DNA from: Ramazzottius varieornatus | Taxonomy: Eukaryota > Animalia > Tardigrada | DNA length: 64,000 nt | Direction: 5' to 3' | NCBI GenBank assembly: GCA_001949185.1 | Contig: BDGG01000002.1 | Coordinates: forward strand, 2,849,826 to 2,913,825 | In this document: positions 12,056 to 24,590 of the stretch, one piece after another | How the letters are laid out: every line of letters begins with the position of its first letter | Position numbering within the stretch: the first letter of the stretch is position 1 | Notes under the pieces: generated by a model | Seen by the model: only the letters and a program-made list of their open reading frames with translations | The model's database searches: none | Told to the model about the DNA's origin: nothing | Translations under genes and position numbers: made by a program

Positions 12056-14880
12056 ATGGAGGTTAGTAATGCGCCCAATCAACCCGTCATCTCCAGCGCC
12101 CAACCTTCGACCACATCAGCTGCGACTAGCACCTCCAAGAGCGGAGGAGGGGGAAAGAAGCGCAACCTTACCTTGGACCTCAAGCCTCCGGATACTTCTT
12201 CGTCGATGACCACTACTGTCTCCGCAGCGTCCACTTTGACGGTCCCCTCGACGTCGAGTGTCTTGAACATCGGATCTTCCCCGGGCTTCGTCTTGACGTC
12301 GCCAGACGTCCAGATGCTCCAGTTGGCCTCGCCGGAACTCGAGAAATTCATCATTCAAGGCCTTATGGGCCAGAACACTCCGACGCCAACACAGATTGTA
12401 TTCCCGAAAAACGTTACCGAAGAACAAGGTGAGCAATGAACAGAATGAAATCACGTCGCTCAACTCGCGCAGTCGTGGTTTATTGAACCATGCAGTATCA
12501 GTTGTCAGCCAGCTGCGCGGGTACGGACTCATGACGTATTGCGCAAGTGCAACGGGGTCAGAAGTCTTAATTTGCGTTTCGCATACGAGTAGTCAATCTG
12601 AATTTCCATCTGCAGATCGTGTTACAATCCATGTCACGAGGGTTTTGTCCTCGTTATGTACGGCACATTCGGTCACGTGGTTTTGCATTTGTTTCGGGAC
12701 GGCTGTAATTCACGAAATTATTTAGCCCAATCAACTCAATCAACCTGATTGGGTCTACAAGGACTGTCGTTTTCCGCAAGGAGAACGGGACCGACACGGA
12801 ACACTTTCTCGGGAAACGTCAATCGCGTATAGGTATCAAGAATGTTTTCCGAGGAAAAATCCGGTTTATTTAGCTTTTGACGATCGGTGTTTGATGGCTT
12901 CGCGATTACGTCACGTGCCGCGAAAAGTTCGCGACCCGCCTGACTGCACTTTGCGCCGTTCGCCATTAAACACCATCCATCCTGCATTTATCAGCCAAGT
13001 TTTCTCTCGCCTGAAGTTTTCTCCTCGTCAAACGTGTTAAAACTTATCGCAGCGTAGCACAATATCAGGTCAAATTGGCCGATCGGTTTGAAATTACCCT
13101 CCATTAAGATTACGGTTTCTTTCTTCCAAGCTCCCATCCGATATTCCATATCGATTCACCGTTGAATCGTTCCACTTTGATGTAATGACATCATCGCAAG
13201 AATTGAAATGATCCTCTGCTATTGCACGCATATTTGTCATGTTGAGTCAGAGTTGAATCGTGACAAGCATTTGAATGTATGTACTGTTGTACATTTCTTC
13301 TCGAACGTTCAACTGCGAACTCTGACTCGACAGAACATACCTCCTCCTTCCTCATCATAATAGTATTTTCCGAAGTAAACAAAGCCTTCAGCCCTATCGT
13401 TTATGTTTCCTAATCTCTACATTGTTGGTCCGATTGATTTCCAATTCATCCCTTATTCAAGCCAGAACAAACTCAGACTTCCGGATGAAGTTCGTTTGAC
13501 TAAGTCTTCTAGTCTTAAAGTTTTCTGTTCTTCTCGTTTCAGAATCGTATGCGAAAGGCTTCGTGGACGCATTGAACGCTCTTCACCGGTCCGGAATGGC
13601 CTACAACGTCAATTCCAATGGAAACGTCGCAGCATTCCCCATTAGCAACGTTAACGGACAGAACAGTACGTAGAAAAATTTCCAGAATGCTCGCTCTCTA
13701 CGTTCCATCCTATCCCTGAAGCCGTCGAAAAAAGTTTCTGAACTTTGTCACAGTTACTCCCGAAATTTCCTCTCCATTTTTGGTGCAAAATCTTCTGCTG
13801 CTGAAAATTTTTCTGGAAACAGTTTTTGGAAATTTAGTTTCAATTATTTTCCTTACGTGGAATTAATATCACACCTACCAAGAATTTGTTTTGTTTCGGC
13901 CCTTGTTTCGATTTGGAAGGTACGAGAACACTAATTTTGGATTTTTGTGATTGCAGTATTTCCACAGTTTTTCACGATGCCGCAGATGGCGCAACAGGTG
14001 CAGACGATGCAGCCCATGCAGCTGCAGATGACGAGCCAACCTGTCGCCGGCCACCAGATGGTCCAGCTACAGATGCCCGCACCCATGAACGTTCCCAAGA
14101 TGGAGTTTAACTCACCCTCCGTCTCACCAGCACCTTCTGACCCCCAGACGGTTCCTTCGGAGAGAGGCTCGACAAGGTCCACCAACAGCTCCTCGGGAAC
14201 TTCACCCATCAACATGGAAAGTCAATCCAAAATGAAGGTATGCCATATTCTTTCCATTTCAACCCATGAAAGGTATTCCGAAATAGTCAAACGAAAATGA
14301 AAGATTATTTCAAAATATTCGAGAGGTCGCAAACGAAACAACGAGTCTGCTGTCCCAAGTGGCGCACGTCCTAGTTACTAATGGCTGGAAGCGTGCACCA
14401 CTTGAAATAATGACCTTGTACGCTCGTTGCCGGCTTCCCATTTCGAAAACATCTGGAAAGCAAAAAAGACAGTTGGGCTGAAAGATGGTCACCGGGAAAC
14501 TTGCGGTCTAATTCCTTGAAAGTAAACAGAATTCGGACCGAAGAAGATCGAATTTCTCGAAAAATCTGAAGCACAATGAAGTCCGAAATTTGGAAAATTA
14601 TCTTGTAATCAATTTTTAGGTTGAGCGAAAGAGGGAGAGAAATCGATTGGCAGCCGCCAAATGTCGGATGCGAAAGATCGAAAGGATCGCTCAGTTGGAA
14701 GAACGTGTGAAGGAGCTGAAGGACCAAAACGGCGAGTTGGCTAACAGTCGGCAGCAGACTCAGCAAGACTTGGCCAACCTCCGGCAAGAACTCCTGACGC
14801 ACCTCTCAGCCGGATGCTCCCTCACCATTCCACAGAACCTTCTCCAGTCAATACAGCAACACCAACAAGAAACGGAGTAA
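12056..14880 (+). CDS. jun: c-Jun / AP-1 bZIP transcription factor (4 exons)
   Basis: Contains the JNK-docking motif KKRNLTLDL, phosphosites [17 protein letters not shown] and TPTPTQ, then [24 protein letters not shown] and the b[34 protein letters not shown]. Exons are approximately 12056-12428, 13543-13665, 13958-14237 and 14620-14880. Confidence 0.95.
14356..14404. repeat. Dispersed palindrome copy (jun intron 3)
   Basis: CAAGTGGCGCAC, 25 nt, GTGCACCACTTG. Confidence 0.75.
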
Positions 14881-15405
14881 CACAACGAAAGCCGACGGCT
14901 TCTCTCTGTTCTTTTGTTTTTCAAAAATTTTATTTTACAAGTTAAAATTTTGGTCTCATGCGCGAATCGATTTACGGTGAAGAGATGGAAGAGTAATAGG
15001 GTTACTTCCTGTGGTCTATTTCACTATGCTAACTATAACCATTCTTGTGAAGGAAATTACTGCTCTGATAGTTTTACCTTTGAGAGGTTTTCCCATTTGC
15101 CGGATTAGTTTTGTACGGAAGCAGCTTGTCTTTTCTACCCTTGGTTTTAGCGTCGTAGTTGTAACATGGAGTGTTCGTACTGGATGAGGTGCAAAGAGAA
15201 GACGAATGTATAGGTCGAAGTGGTTTACCGATGCAATAGCCTCCTTTTACGAATGTTCTCCTCGGTTAAATTTCTATTCGAAAAATATATTCTTGCGTGC
15301 GCTTTGCTCGCGACATTCCACTTGGCTGAGTGAAAGAAGATTCTCGGTGTAAATTCTGGTGACAGAAATGGGCCGTATGCAACTAAACTGAGCAGATTGC
15401 TGTCT

Positions 15406-15527
15406 CAGATGGCGCGCATATCCACTGTTGCTGTAAGAGTGCGCCACTTGCGAAACGATCTGATCCAAATCACTTGCTTCACGTGGCGCACGTTCTCATT
15501 GTACTGACGGGAAGTGTACGTCACTTG
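15406..15527. repeat. Tandem pair of the dispersed palindrome between the jun and CrzR 3' ends
   Basis: Arms at 15406-15417/15439-15450 and 15480-15491/15516-15527. Confidence 0.7.
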
Positions 15528-15607
15528 AGAAGGCGATCTGGTTTACATCATATGCCCACGTCAAGTAGAGTGTCGGAATTTCGACAAGGTGTGAAAGGGG
15601 GAAGAAT

Positions 15608-18600
15608 TTATGGAACGGACGTTTTCTTTGGAATGCTAGATGAAACCTTGCCGACGTTGAAGCGTCCGTGTGCGGCCACTGAGGAGTAGGTTCGGTTGAA
15701 GCGGTGCATGGCGGGGCTGACAATCAACCATGCAGTTTCCGGATCCCAAACCACACGTCCTCCACCGTACGTGACAAACGTAGTGTTGGTAAAGGTATTG
15801 CTATTCCCGTTGGCGAAGAGTCCGGCGGTCCTGGAACGAGGTATGTGGAAGAATCCGTAGATAAGTGGATTGATCACGGAGTTTATCGTGCCTGAAGCGG
15901 GGCAGCCGTGTCATGATTAAAATAATCATCTTGACCAGCACGTTTCGTAGCTTCCATGGCTCCAAGGTACATGCAGTTCGCGACTGTTTTTACGAAGGAG
16001 AAGAAGAGGAAGTTCACTTACCGAAGAAGAAAATAATTTGAAAGACATTGGTGGCGTCCTTTTCGAAATCCTCGTTAGTGGCTTGCTCGATCACGTAGTA
16101 CAGAACGGCAGTGTAATAAGGAGCTGGAAAAGGGCAAAATGACTTGTGTTCAATAAGTGGGGATAATTTCTGAATTTTTTTCTTCGGCGGTGGAGCTAAG
16201 TACGTGTTGCATAATAATTGGAGGTGTATTCTTACCCCAGCAAACCAGGAAGTTGACAATTACCAGGATCGACATCCATAATGTCCGAGATTTGGCCTTC
16301 TTCATCAAGGTCTCACGTCGGTGCCCAGCAGCGCCTCTCAGAGAACTCACCCGACTGTTGGCAATGCTGATCGTTGTACCTACAACAAGAAAAAAGTTAG
16401 TTTAATTTGGCAGTTTTCGGTCATCGGTACAATTGTGGCTGTGTACTAAGGAACTGGAGTTCTTGGCATTGCTCTTTCATGTTCTTTCATGCAATTACAT
16501 TCTGCGTTCCTACTTTTCTGGCGCAATGCATCATGGATGACGCTCATATACAGCCCGTTCACGCCAACTTGCTACCACCTGCAACTTCGACGTATAAAAA
16601 ATAGAGAAGGCTTCTGTTTCTTTCTTGCCTATACACTATCATACAACTTTTCAAGCAGCTTCTAGTGAGCTATGGTTGGATAACATAAGTTGAGAGATGG
16701 TTCCGAAAAACAGGTTAATACGACTTCCGGTGGGGAAGACTAATCATTACGAACAAAACGTGCTCTCTGGAATTCCAGGCGTGAGTAAAAACCTCAATTC
16801 GATTTCAACAAGCGAACACATACTTAGGATGTTAAATAAAATTAGGGGAGACTGCTGGAAAGCCCTGGAAGCGTAGCAAATGAATTAAATCCGACGAATT
16901 CCAACAATTGAGAACGCTGCACTAGCCGTGTTTTCCACGCCCAAATTTGAAATTTTTTTCGAAACGGGTTGAGATATCTCTGCGGTTCTTTCTTAGCAAT
17001 TTAGCCCTGTCATTTGTCCTTTAGGTCTGCATCAGACTATCCAGATCCGACAGCAGTGCCCAGCCGTGTGGGATTACGAAAATACAGTAGGAGTACAGAC
17101 GGTGAAACTCTTGAAATTGGGGCTTCAACGTGAAGTTATTTTTCCTGCCGAAGCCCGTGCTTTTAAAAACGTCGAAAATACTGCGAACACAGCCTACAGT
17201 TAAAAACTATCAAATACCCCGTTACAAGTCCTGGAGAAAATTCAGTTGTAGAAATAGCCAGGTGCGAAACAGAAGGAAAACGAGGTCGTTCAAATTCTTG
17301 GAGTCGCCGGTGTAGACTTAGCTTCAACTGTTAATACTTCCCAAATTGGTGTATTTGTGGACACCATTGCTTTCGAAAATACGGGAAGATGAAACAAATT
17401 AGAATTCACTATCAATAGCTCACTAAAGTGACGGATTATCCGCGTCGGTTTTTCGGTTGGAATTTCCGAAATACGGTACTCGAAACCTGCGCGAGTCAAA
17501 TCCAGAAGTCTTCTAGGGCTGATCGGATAGTCCAGCGTCTGTGCCCTCGAAGTATTCTTACCAATCATTTCTGTCATTAGGCTATGCTTTCTAAGAAAAT
17601 AATACGGCGGAAAAGGGAACACTTGGTCCGAGTTCTTCTGCCTCAAGTCTGTCACCAGCGTCCTTGAAAAACTTTGCCTGTGCTCGAAAAACAGGGAAAG
17701 TGCTGCTGCTCTTGAATGTTACCAGGACTCAAACATTTTGATAGCGAAGTCGGGAAAAATTCTTGAAATTCAGCTTCGAAAACGGAAAACTCGTCTGAAA
17801 GACCCAATTAATAGTCTCAAAATGTACTGTAGCTTTTCTCGCTTTTTTGTCCCGTTGCGTTATACCGTAGGTTAGAGTACAAAATCCTTTACAGGGTCGA
17901 ATGTGCATAAGTGAAAGAACCTTTTTTCCCAGGGTTTGCCCGACTTTCGAGTCAGGTTACCCGCCATATTTTCCAGGAACGTAATCTGAACGCTTGGCAC
18001 CGACATACCTGTCTTTCCTCCAAGTTCATGGCGAATGCGTATGAATATGACGGAGTAGCTGACGGTGATGATGACAAGTGGAAAAACAAACATGGCGCAG
18101 CAGGTGAACAAGATATACGATAATTCTTGCCAAGCTTCCTCATAAGCACCAAACGTCACACATTGCTCAAAAGGTTGACCATCCTCCGAAAGAAAAGGAG
18201 CTTCCATCACCCGAAAAACATACACCTGCAAAAAACCCAAACCGAACCTGTCAAAACAACAACGAATTAGTCTGCGGGTATGTGGTGTAAACCTAGAAAA
18301 ACGGCAAGTTGCAGACGCTCCACTCCTGTTCCTATAACGGGTTGCCAGTCCGAATTGTCACAAGTTTTGATGTTCAGCACGTGTCACTCCTGCTAACGAA
18401 ATGCTCCCCAATCGTGGTTGATTGGTAGGCCTTCCTCCCCTCTGAGTGATACAGTGGAGTGAAATCAATGTGACCAAAACAGAAAAGACACATCGTAGGC
18501 TCAAACAGGTCTAGTTCTGTTTCGAAAAACGTACTACGGAATTAAGGTCTCGGAAGGAAAATTTTGTGGACATTCCGAATGGCCACCCGGTACGACAAAG

Positions 18601-19190
18601 ATCGCTTCGCGAGAAGTTTCTTCTAGAAATCTATCAGGGTGCATGCGCGTTTTTGCCAAATATCGTTTGGGACAAAACTATATTTTTGTGCTAAAACTGA
18701 GAGACGTGCTCTTCGATGTTACCTGTGGGATGCTACAAAGAGCTGCCATTATCCAAGCTAGTACCGTCATGCATCTGATGGTTACCCGACGTCTCGCTCG
18801 GTGCATTGGATACCGGACGGCAATGCATCGGTCAACAGCGATAGTCACCACAATGAACGTGCTGCTGTACAGAGCGAACATCTGCAGGTACTTGACCAGC
18901 TTGCACATCAGATTCCCGGCATTCCAGCTGTAGGTAAACTTCCAGCTGGCGTCCGCGGCCAGGCACAAGAGAGCAACCAGCAGATCTGAGATGACCAACT
19001 GGAGAATGAGGAAGTGGATGTTACTGAAGCGATTTGATTTGGCTCGGCTTCGAAGTAAGCTGAAGATTACCGCGGTGTTGGCGATAATGGCGAACCCGAA
19101 AAGCGTGAAGAGGACTTTGACTTGGACATCCCGGCTGGCTTTTTCCCTGTCGTCGATTCTTGTTGCGTTGATTGCGTCCATCCCATCCAT
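15608..19190 (-). CDS. CrzR: Class A neuropeptide GPCR, corazonin receptor-like (GnRH receptor superfamily)
   Basis: Seven TM segments across exons: CKLVKYLQMFALYSST, DRCIAVRYPM, SIPQ, FEQCVTFGAYEEAWQE, KKAKSRTL, CWAPYY, IFFFG and INPLIYG. The extracellular loop 2 and TM7 motifs resemble arthropod corazonin receptors. Confidence 0.8.
16551..16900 (+). mobile_element. Truncated copy (left half) of a Tc1/mariner-type MITE, inside a GPCR intron
   Basis: Nearly identical to 45505-~45852. It starts TA|CAGCCCGTTCACGCCAACTTGCTACCACCT. No right TIR was seen. Confidence 0.8.
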
Positions 19191-20219
19191 AAGCTCACAT
19201 CAATCAAAGGTGGAGCGTAGCAAAGAGTTATTCCGAACTCTCGTGGAATTCTGTGTGCGCTTTGACCAATCAGAAATTCACTTTTTTTGGGAAATTACTC
19301 ACATAGAAGAACTGAAAGCCGAACAGATGAAAAATCGCAGCAAAGTTTTCGGTGGGGAAGTTCTGTCATCCGGAGCCAGTGTGCAAACTGAATTCCAGCT
19401 TGCCAGCTTCTTGGGTTACCTGCGGGTCTACGCCCGCGTTTATCGATTTTACCTTCAAATGCCAGTATACGTACATTTTTGATATCCTGCCACCTTCGAG
19501 CTGACTTATTTGCTGGTACACATACCCGCATGCTGTATAATCATGGTGATCATGTTGATGCCGAGCATCGCGTAGGCTAGGGGAGAGATTCAACAAGAAG
19601 TGCAATTTACAGTGCGTGGCAGCCAACTTGAGCTCCCTTTTCTGAACAATCTTCAGGGGTTCTCACAAGTCATGGAGTTTTCTGGACTTCTTTTTAACGG
19701 ATAGCCATCCATTTCTACGCCACATTCGATGTTTGCTTCTGTAGGAACTTACTCTCAAAAATTTCAGTTTGCATGAATCAGGCCATTCCGGTGTCACCGT
19801 CTGCTGCGTTTCGAAAACCCCGAAGAAAAAATCCCGTTTCACATTCCGCCTGATGACCACACGGTCGAACTAAAGCTACCGAGTATCGCACAGCAAACAT
19901 GAAACAGACAAAAGTTTCCAACTTACGGTAATTAACATGCACGACAGTTAGAAATTACCCGGAATGGCTGAAAAGGAGAATTCCAAGCTCGAAACACAAC
20001 TAGTCGAGATTGTCTATCGATGCGCAGAACATTCTTCCTGGAGACTGCGTATGGCATATGGTCGGGGGACGGAATTCGATGCCTTCCGAGCTTGAAGTAT
20101 CAGAGACTCTCCGCGCTTCACTTTTGCTGTCGATCGGAGTTTGAACTGTTAAGCATCCAAGTCTGATACCCACAAACAGGGCCGGCGCGGCCTGTATTGA
20201 ATGTATCAAGCTTGACATA

Positions 20220-20693
20220 TGTGCTGGGATAAATACGATAAAATACTATCGAAATCAAGAAAGAGCCAAAGCGAAACCAAACGGCTGTTGTTCACTACGT
20301 TCGAGTCAGAACAAAAGTGAGATTTCTTCGTGTACGCGAGTGTGTTCGTTGCTCGATCTATCAAGGTCTGTCGTTACACACCTAGGTACGCTGACAGTTC
20401 ACTTCTCCGAAGTCAGCTTGGATGCATGTGCGCGATACATTACGGGCGAGGCTGCGCTGCCTGCGCGGTACCGAACCGGAGTACTGACTTCCGAAGTTCC
20501 GATTCTCAAGTGCGGGTTTGCGATTTATCGATACATCAGAAATATATCGATATACCGCAATATGATATTTTCATTTGTCATATTCCGCTCAGCGGTAGTC
20601 CGTCCATATCGACATGATATTTTTGTCATATCGAATCACTGTGAAGTGATATATTTCGATAAGATACGATATATCATATTTATCCCAGCACTA
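20220..20693. mobile_element. hAT-like MITE
   Basis: Terminal inverted repeats GTGCTGGGATAAATA ... TATTTATCCCAGCACTA, with many subterminal CGATA/TATCG repeats. The TSD is not clean. Confidence 0.6.
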
Positions 20694-20883
20694 CATATGA
20701 CGTCCTGCGCTACCATTGTACGACAAAGTAAGCTTTCAAAAGTTGGCGGAGCGTCTTAAATACGGATGAGGAATCAATACCATTGTAAGCCAATGGGCAA
20801 ATTTGATTCGCTGTGTCCAGCTGGTTCCACTGACACCCATATTTGAAAGCTTATTCTGTCGTACACTGTACCCTCATTTTCGC

Positions 20884-21673
20884 TAGTGTTGCTCCAATAT
20901 TACTTTTTCGATTCTAATTGCAATTACGATTGATTGGAATACCTCGGCGGAAGCAATTTCAGTTATGTTAGGCTCAGCCCTGCTGAACTAGCAACTACAA
21001 TTAATCGGAATTCAACTCACGACAGCAATTGAACTTATTTCAATTGGTTTGGTTCATATTTTGAATTTTAATATCCATAAAACATGAGGTTTTAAAGCAA
21101 CTCAAGCCTGTCGTTCCCTGAGCAACCGATGGCCGACGGATGCTTAGCTCAAGATTTTTTATACTCGTGGCACTGAACACGGATTCGCTGATGAAAACAG
21201 GTATTGTAAGTTTTTCTGACACCCTGCGCGCACGCTGTTACGCTCGCGGAACAATCTTTAGGGGGTTGGTAAAAAAACCCATCAGGACCGGGGTTAAACT
21301 TCGCGTCTACATCGTTCCGCCGCGCGTGGTTCGCGAAGCATTACAGTAAACATCGTGCCGTACTGTCTCGTGCGACATGCACATACGCACACATATTCGC
21401 TCAATCAAGCACCAAATCATGTAGAAAGTCCAAAAATACATACACCCACGTGCGTTTTCCCGCGCTGCTGGCGCCAATCCAGTAATACTAATTACTATTG
21501 TCGATATTCCGACTATCAATTAAAATTTCTTCCATTTTTGGAATAGTTACAATTCTTATTAATATTGGAACTGTCCAGCCTGGGATTCCCAATTCTGATT
21601 GTCCTATTGGAACTCCAGAAAGCTCGGTTTTGGCCATTTTCAATTATCAATTGTAATGGTCGGAGCAACACTG
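20884..21673. mobile_element. Old hAT-like MITE carrying a nested 143-bp MITE
   Basis: Ends are TAGTGTTGCTCC ... GGAGCAACACTG. The 8-bp flanks attttcgc and acttctgc match at 5/8 positions. CAATT/AATTG subterminal repeats are present. Confidence 0.45.
21204..21346. mobile_element. ~143-bp TA-flanked MITE (degenerate copy)
   Basis: The right end TTCGCGAAGCATTACAG|TA and the internal GGACCGGGGTT are shared with 21921-22063, and the length is the same. Confidence 0.55.
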
Positions 21674-21744
21674 ACTTCTGCTCCGCTCTGTAAATAGCGT
21701 TGGCCAGTAACGTCACGATATTACTGTACTTTGACACATTCAAT

Positions 21745-22431
21745 TAGAAATGGGATAGGTGCGATTAAGTTCGGTGTGGTATTTTCCGATTTGGTATACT
21801 CTCACACCGAATCGAAAATTTCAGTATGAAGTCCACACCGATATTTTTGATTTGGTAAATTGCTGCACCCAAAATTTCGATTTATCACACCAAATCAAAC
21901 CGGAAAAAAAGCTTCTCTTACTGTAATGCTTCTTGAACTTCGCGAAGCACGTCATCATACGCGCGAAACATCCCTTAGGGTTCTGGTGGGGCAAAATCTT
22001 CGGACCGGGGTTCAACTGCACGCGTGTGATCACGCGATTCGCGAAGTTCAAGAAACATTACAGTATTAACGGGAAAAACGAGGTAAAACTGGCGCAAAAC
22101 GGGGCGAGCCGCAAGCGTACAAGGCTTGGTGTGTCTTGAGATGTTGGGAGGTTTTTCTCCAACGGATGGCTGTCTGTAATACAGTCTGCAAGCCGAAAAA
22201 TTTCTCGGGATCGCTCAGAAATCGGTCAAACTCTCATCTTTTTGGGACTTTCGGTATGTTTCAATTTACCGATTTCGATTTGGTATCGCTTTGGGGCGAA
22301 CGCACACCGAAATCGGTTTTTCGGTGTGAGAGTCACCCCGGTAATTTCGGTTTCGGTAATTTCTCATGCCAAATCGATAAGTCCGATATAGTTTTGGTAA
22401 ATTTCGGTAAATCACACTTATCCCATCTCTA
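21745..22431. mobile_element. Non-autonomous hAT element with a perfect 8-bp TSD
   Basis: TIRs TAGAAATGGGATAGGTGCGATT and AATCACACTTATCCCATCTCTA. TSD CATTCAAT at 21737-21744 and 22432-22439. ACCGA/TCGGT subterminal repeats are present. Confidence 0.85.
21921..22063. mobile_element. 143-bp TA-flanked MITE nested in the hAT element
   Basis: TA|CTGTAATGCTTCTTGAACTTCGCGAA ... TTCGCGAAGTTCAAGAAACATTACAG|TA. Confidence 0.8.
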
Positions 22432-23200
22432 CATTCAATGCAAGCCGCGCCGGCTCTGCCCACAAAAAGTAAAGCAGCAGAACTCTATGGTAGGAACATT
22501 TTGACTGACAATTGAAAATCATCCGTAGGAAAATTCACTAGAGTACCGAGGAGGGCGAACACGTTTAACTAGGAGCCCCAGTTCCGAAACAAAATGTAAC
22601 AATATGAATAAAAAATGAGAGTCGTTGTAACGCCAAAATATTTTTTTTTGGATCAAGAAGGCACAGGTACGCGGACACTGGTGGTGAAGAACCCTGACGT
22701 TCGCGATTCGATAGACGGGTGTCTCGGTGCGACCTTGTTCTGTGCAGCTGGTCGCTGCCACCAGATCTCGAAGTACAGTGATGTACCAGTATACGTACCT
22801 AGTAAGTTTTCGAAGCAGTCAGGGTCAGCGTACAAAGTAGGCAGATTTTTTACAGTTTTCTTCAAGTTTTTGCAGTTCGATTGCACGTACGTGGGCTGCA
22901 GCTGACTAGCGTTGTACGATGGCGTACATTCAATGTGCAGGCAAGCAAATGCGAGCCCCGATTCGCGTACAACACTGACAAGGAGATTATGCCTGTCCTG
23001 ACCTCTAGATTGTTAAACCGTTCCGGTGAAACGATAGACGAGAGTCTCCTCCATCATCTGAGATAGGTAAGTAAATCCCCCGACGATTCTGGAAGAAACT
23101 ACAGGACTCGGAAGTGACGCCAAAAACCTACACTGATGACGAAGCAGCGTAATCTTTTCTTCGATCTACATCAGATTCAATGGTCAAACTAGCAGCCAAC

Positions 23201-24590
23201 CAGTGTTGAAGAAAGTACCGGTACTACCCGGTAATACCTGTACTAAGTACCGATTTCGCAGTACTTGTACTTCACCCGAAACCGACGGCCGATACCTGTA
23301 CCTTACGGGAGGTATTTCAGGTATTTATCCTGGTACTGAAGGCTGGCGGTAATCACCGAAAGTACCGCGAAAGTACTGGACGCATCGGTTCGATTGTCAG
23401 AAATATTAGCATTTTTGAGCCCGATACACGGCGCTGCCCATATACGTCCGACGTACTTCGACTACACCCTGTCCCAGCCAACTTGCTACCACCTCGAACT
23501 TTGACGTCGAAAAACTCAGATTACTGTTTTCCTTCTGCTTAGTCCGCACTGTTCGTACAACTTTTCGAGCGCTATCAAATGAGCCGCAATTCGATACAAA
23601 ACAGCAAAAAACAGCTTTGAACATTCGACTGATATGACTTCCGGTGGGGAAGACATGTCGCCGCGACTAAAAACGCAGTCTACAGAATTCTGTGCTTGAG
23701 TTGCGATGCCCGATTTGATGTAGATAGACCTGCAACTATCTGAGCAGTCTGGAAGGATGGAAAAAGGCCCTAGGCTACCCAACTGGCTCGGCAGATGAAT
23801 TAAAACTTGTAAATTTGGCCATTTTGCCGGGAAAACGGTTTTTTGCCGAAACCTCTAGCTATGGTTCTGAACGGCAGATTCACGTTTCCGACCCCTTCTT
23901 GGGTAGCTCAGACTCAGTTCTAATTATTATCAACAACAAAACTTCAGGAGCTCAGTCACATACTGAAAGAATAATTTTCGAAAATGATCGTGAAATCTCC
24001 GAAAGTTGTGAGTTTTTTCACCTTGCCCCTTCTCCACTCTTGCGTCGATTCTGAGTTCCTGTGACCAGATTTCTGGCCAATTTTTTTCGTGAGATAGCAA
24101 ATAGGATAGTGAACCAAGGAAATACAGTATGAAAGTTGGACAGCAGTCGAGTCGAGAACAACTCAATATTATGAGTGGTAGCAAGTTGGCTGGGACAGGG
24201 TATATTCCCATGTGCGCACTCGCTCAGTGCGAAGTATAAAACCCATGCACCTACTGTATGTTAGCGTCATGCTGTATGTAGGTGCGTGATGCCAACAGTG
24301 CTTCTTGAAACGACGATCAGCAGGTGCACCCGCTGATCAGTAGTCCAGAATTTCGAAGCGAGTTTCTGATTTATGCTCCGGTCGATATGCTCCTACTGCT
24401 CATATGAATCTTATCTTAACTTGACTGCTTTTTTTCGCGGTACTTTCGGTGTTCTTTTTGGACTGTACTTTACTGGCGGTATTACCTGTGAATATTGCCA
24501 AATAAGTGAGATAACGATACTTTAGCTGCGAGGCGAGCCGAAATACTTTACTTTAAGGAGTACCGAACAGCCAGTACTTGTTCAACACTG
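23201..24590. mobile_element. Non-autonomous hAT element with a perfect 8-bp TSD
   Basis: TIR CAGTGTTGAA...AAGTAC and GTACTT.TTCAACACTG. TSD CAGCCAAC at 23193-23200 and 24591-24598. GTAC-rich subterminal repeats are present. Confidence 0.85.
23465..24202. mobile_element. 738-bp Tc1/mariner-type MITE, innermost element of the nest
   Basis: TA|CACCCTGTCCCAGCCAACTTGCTACCAC ... GTGGTAGCAAGTTGGCTGGGACAGGGTA|TA. It shares the TIR core and the internal GACTTCCGGTGGGGAAGAC with 45505-46241. Confidence 0.85.

Noticed and set aside
754-19190. AstC-like peptide and a neuropeptide GPCR as a linked ligand-receptor pair
   Set aside because: The receptor is GnRH/corazonin-type, whereas AstC signals through somatostatin-type receptors. 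The proximity is probably chance.
18991-19482. 163-aa plus-strand ORF and similar antisense ORFs over real genes
   Set aside because: These are shadow frames of opposite-strand coding exons with no independent support.
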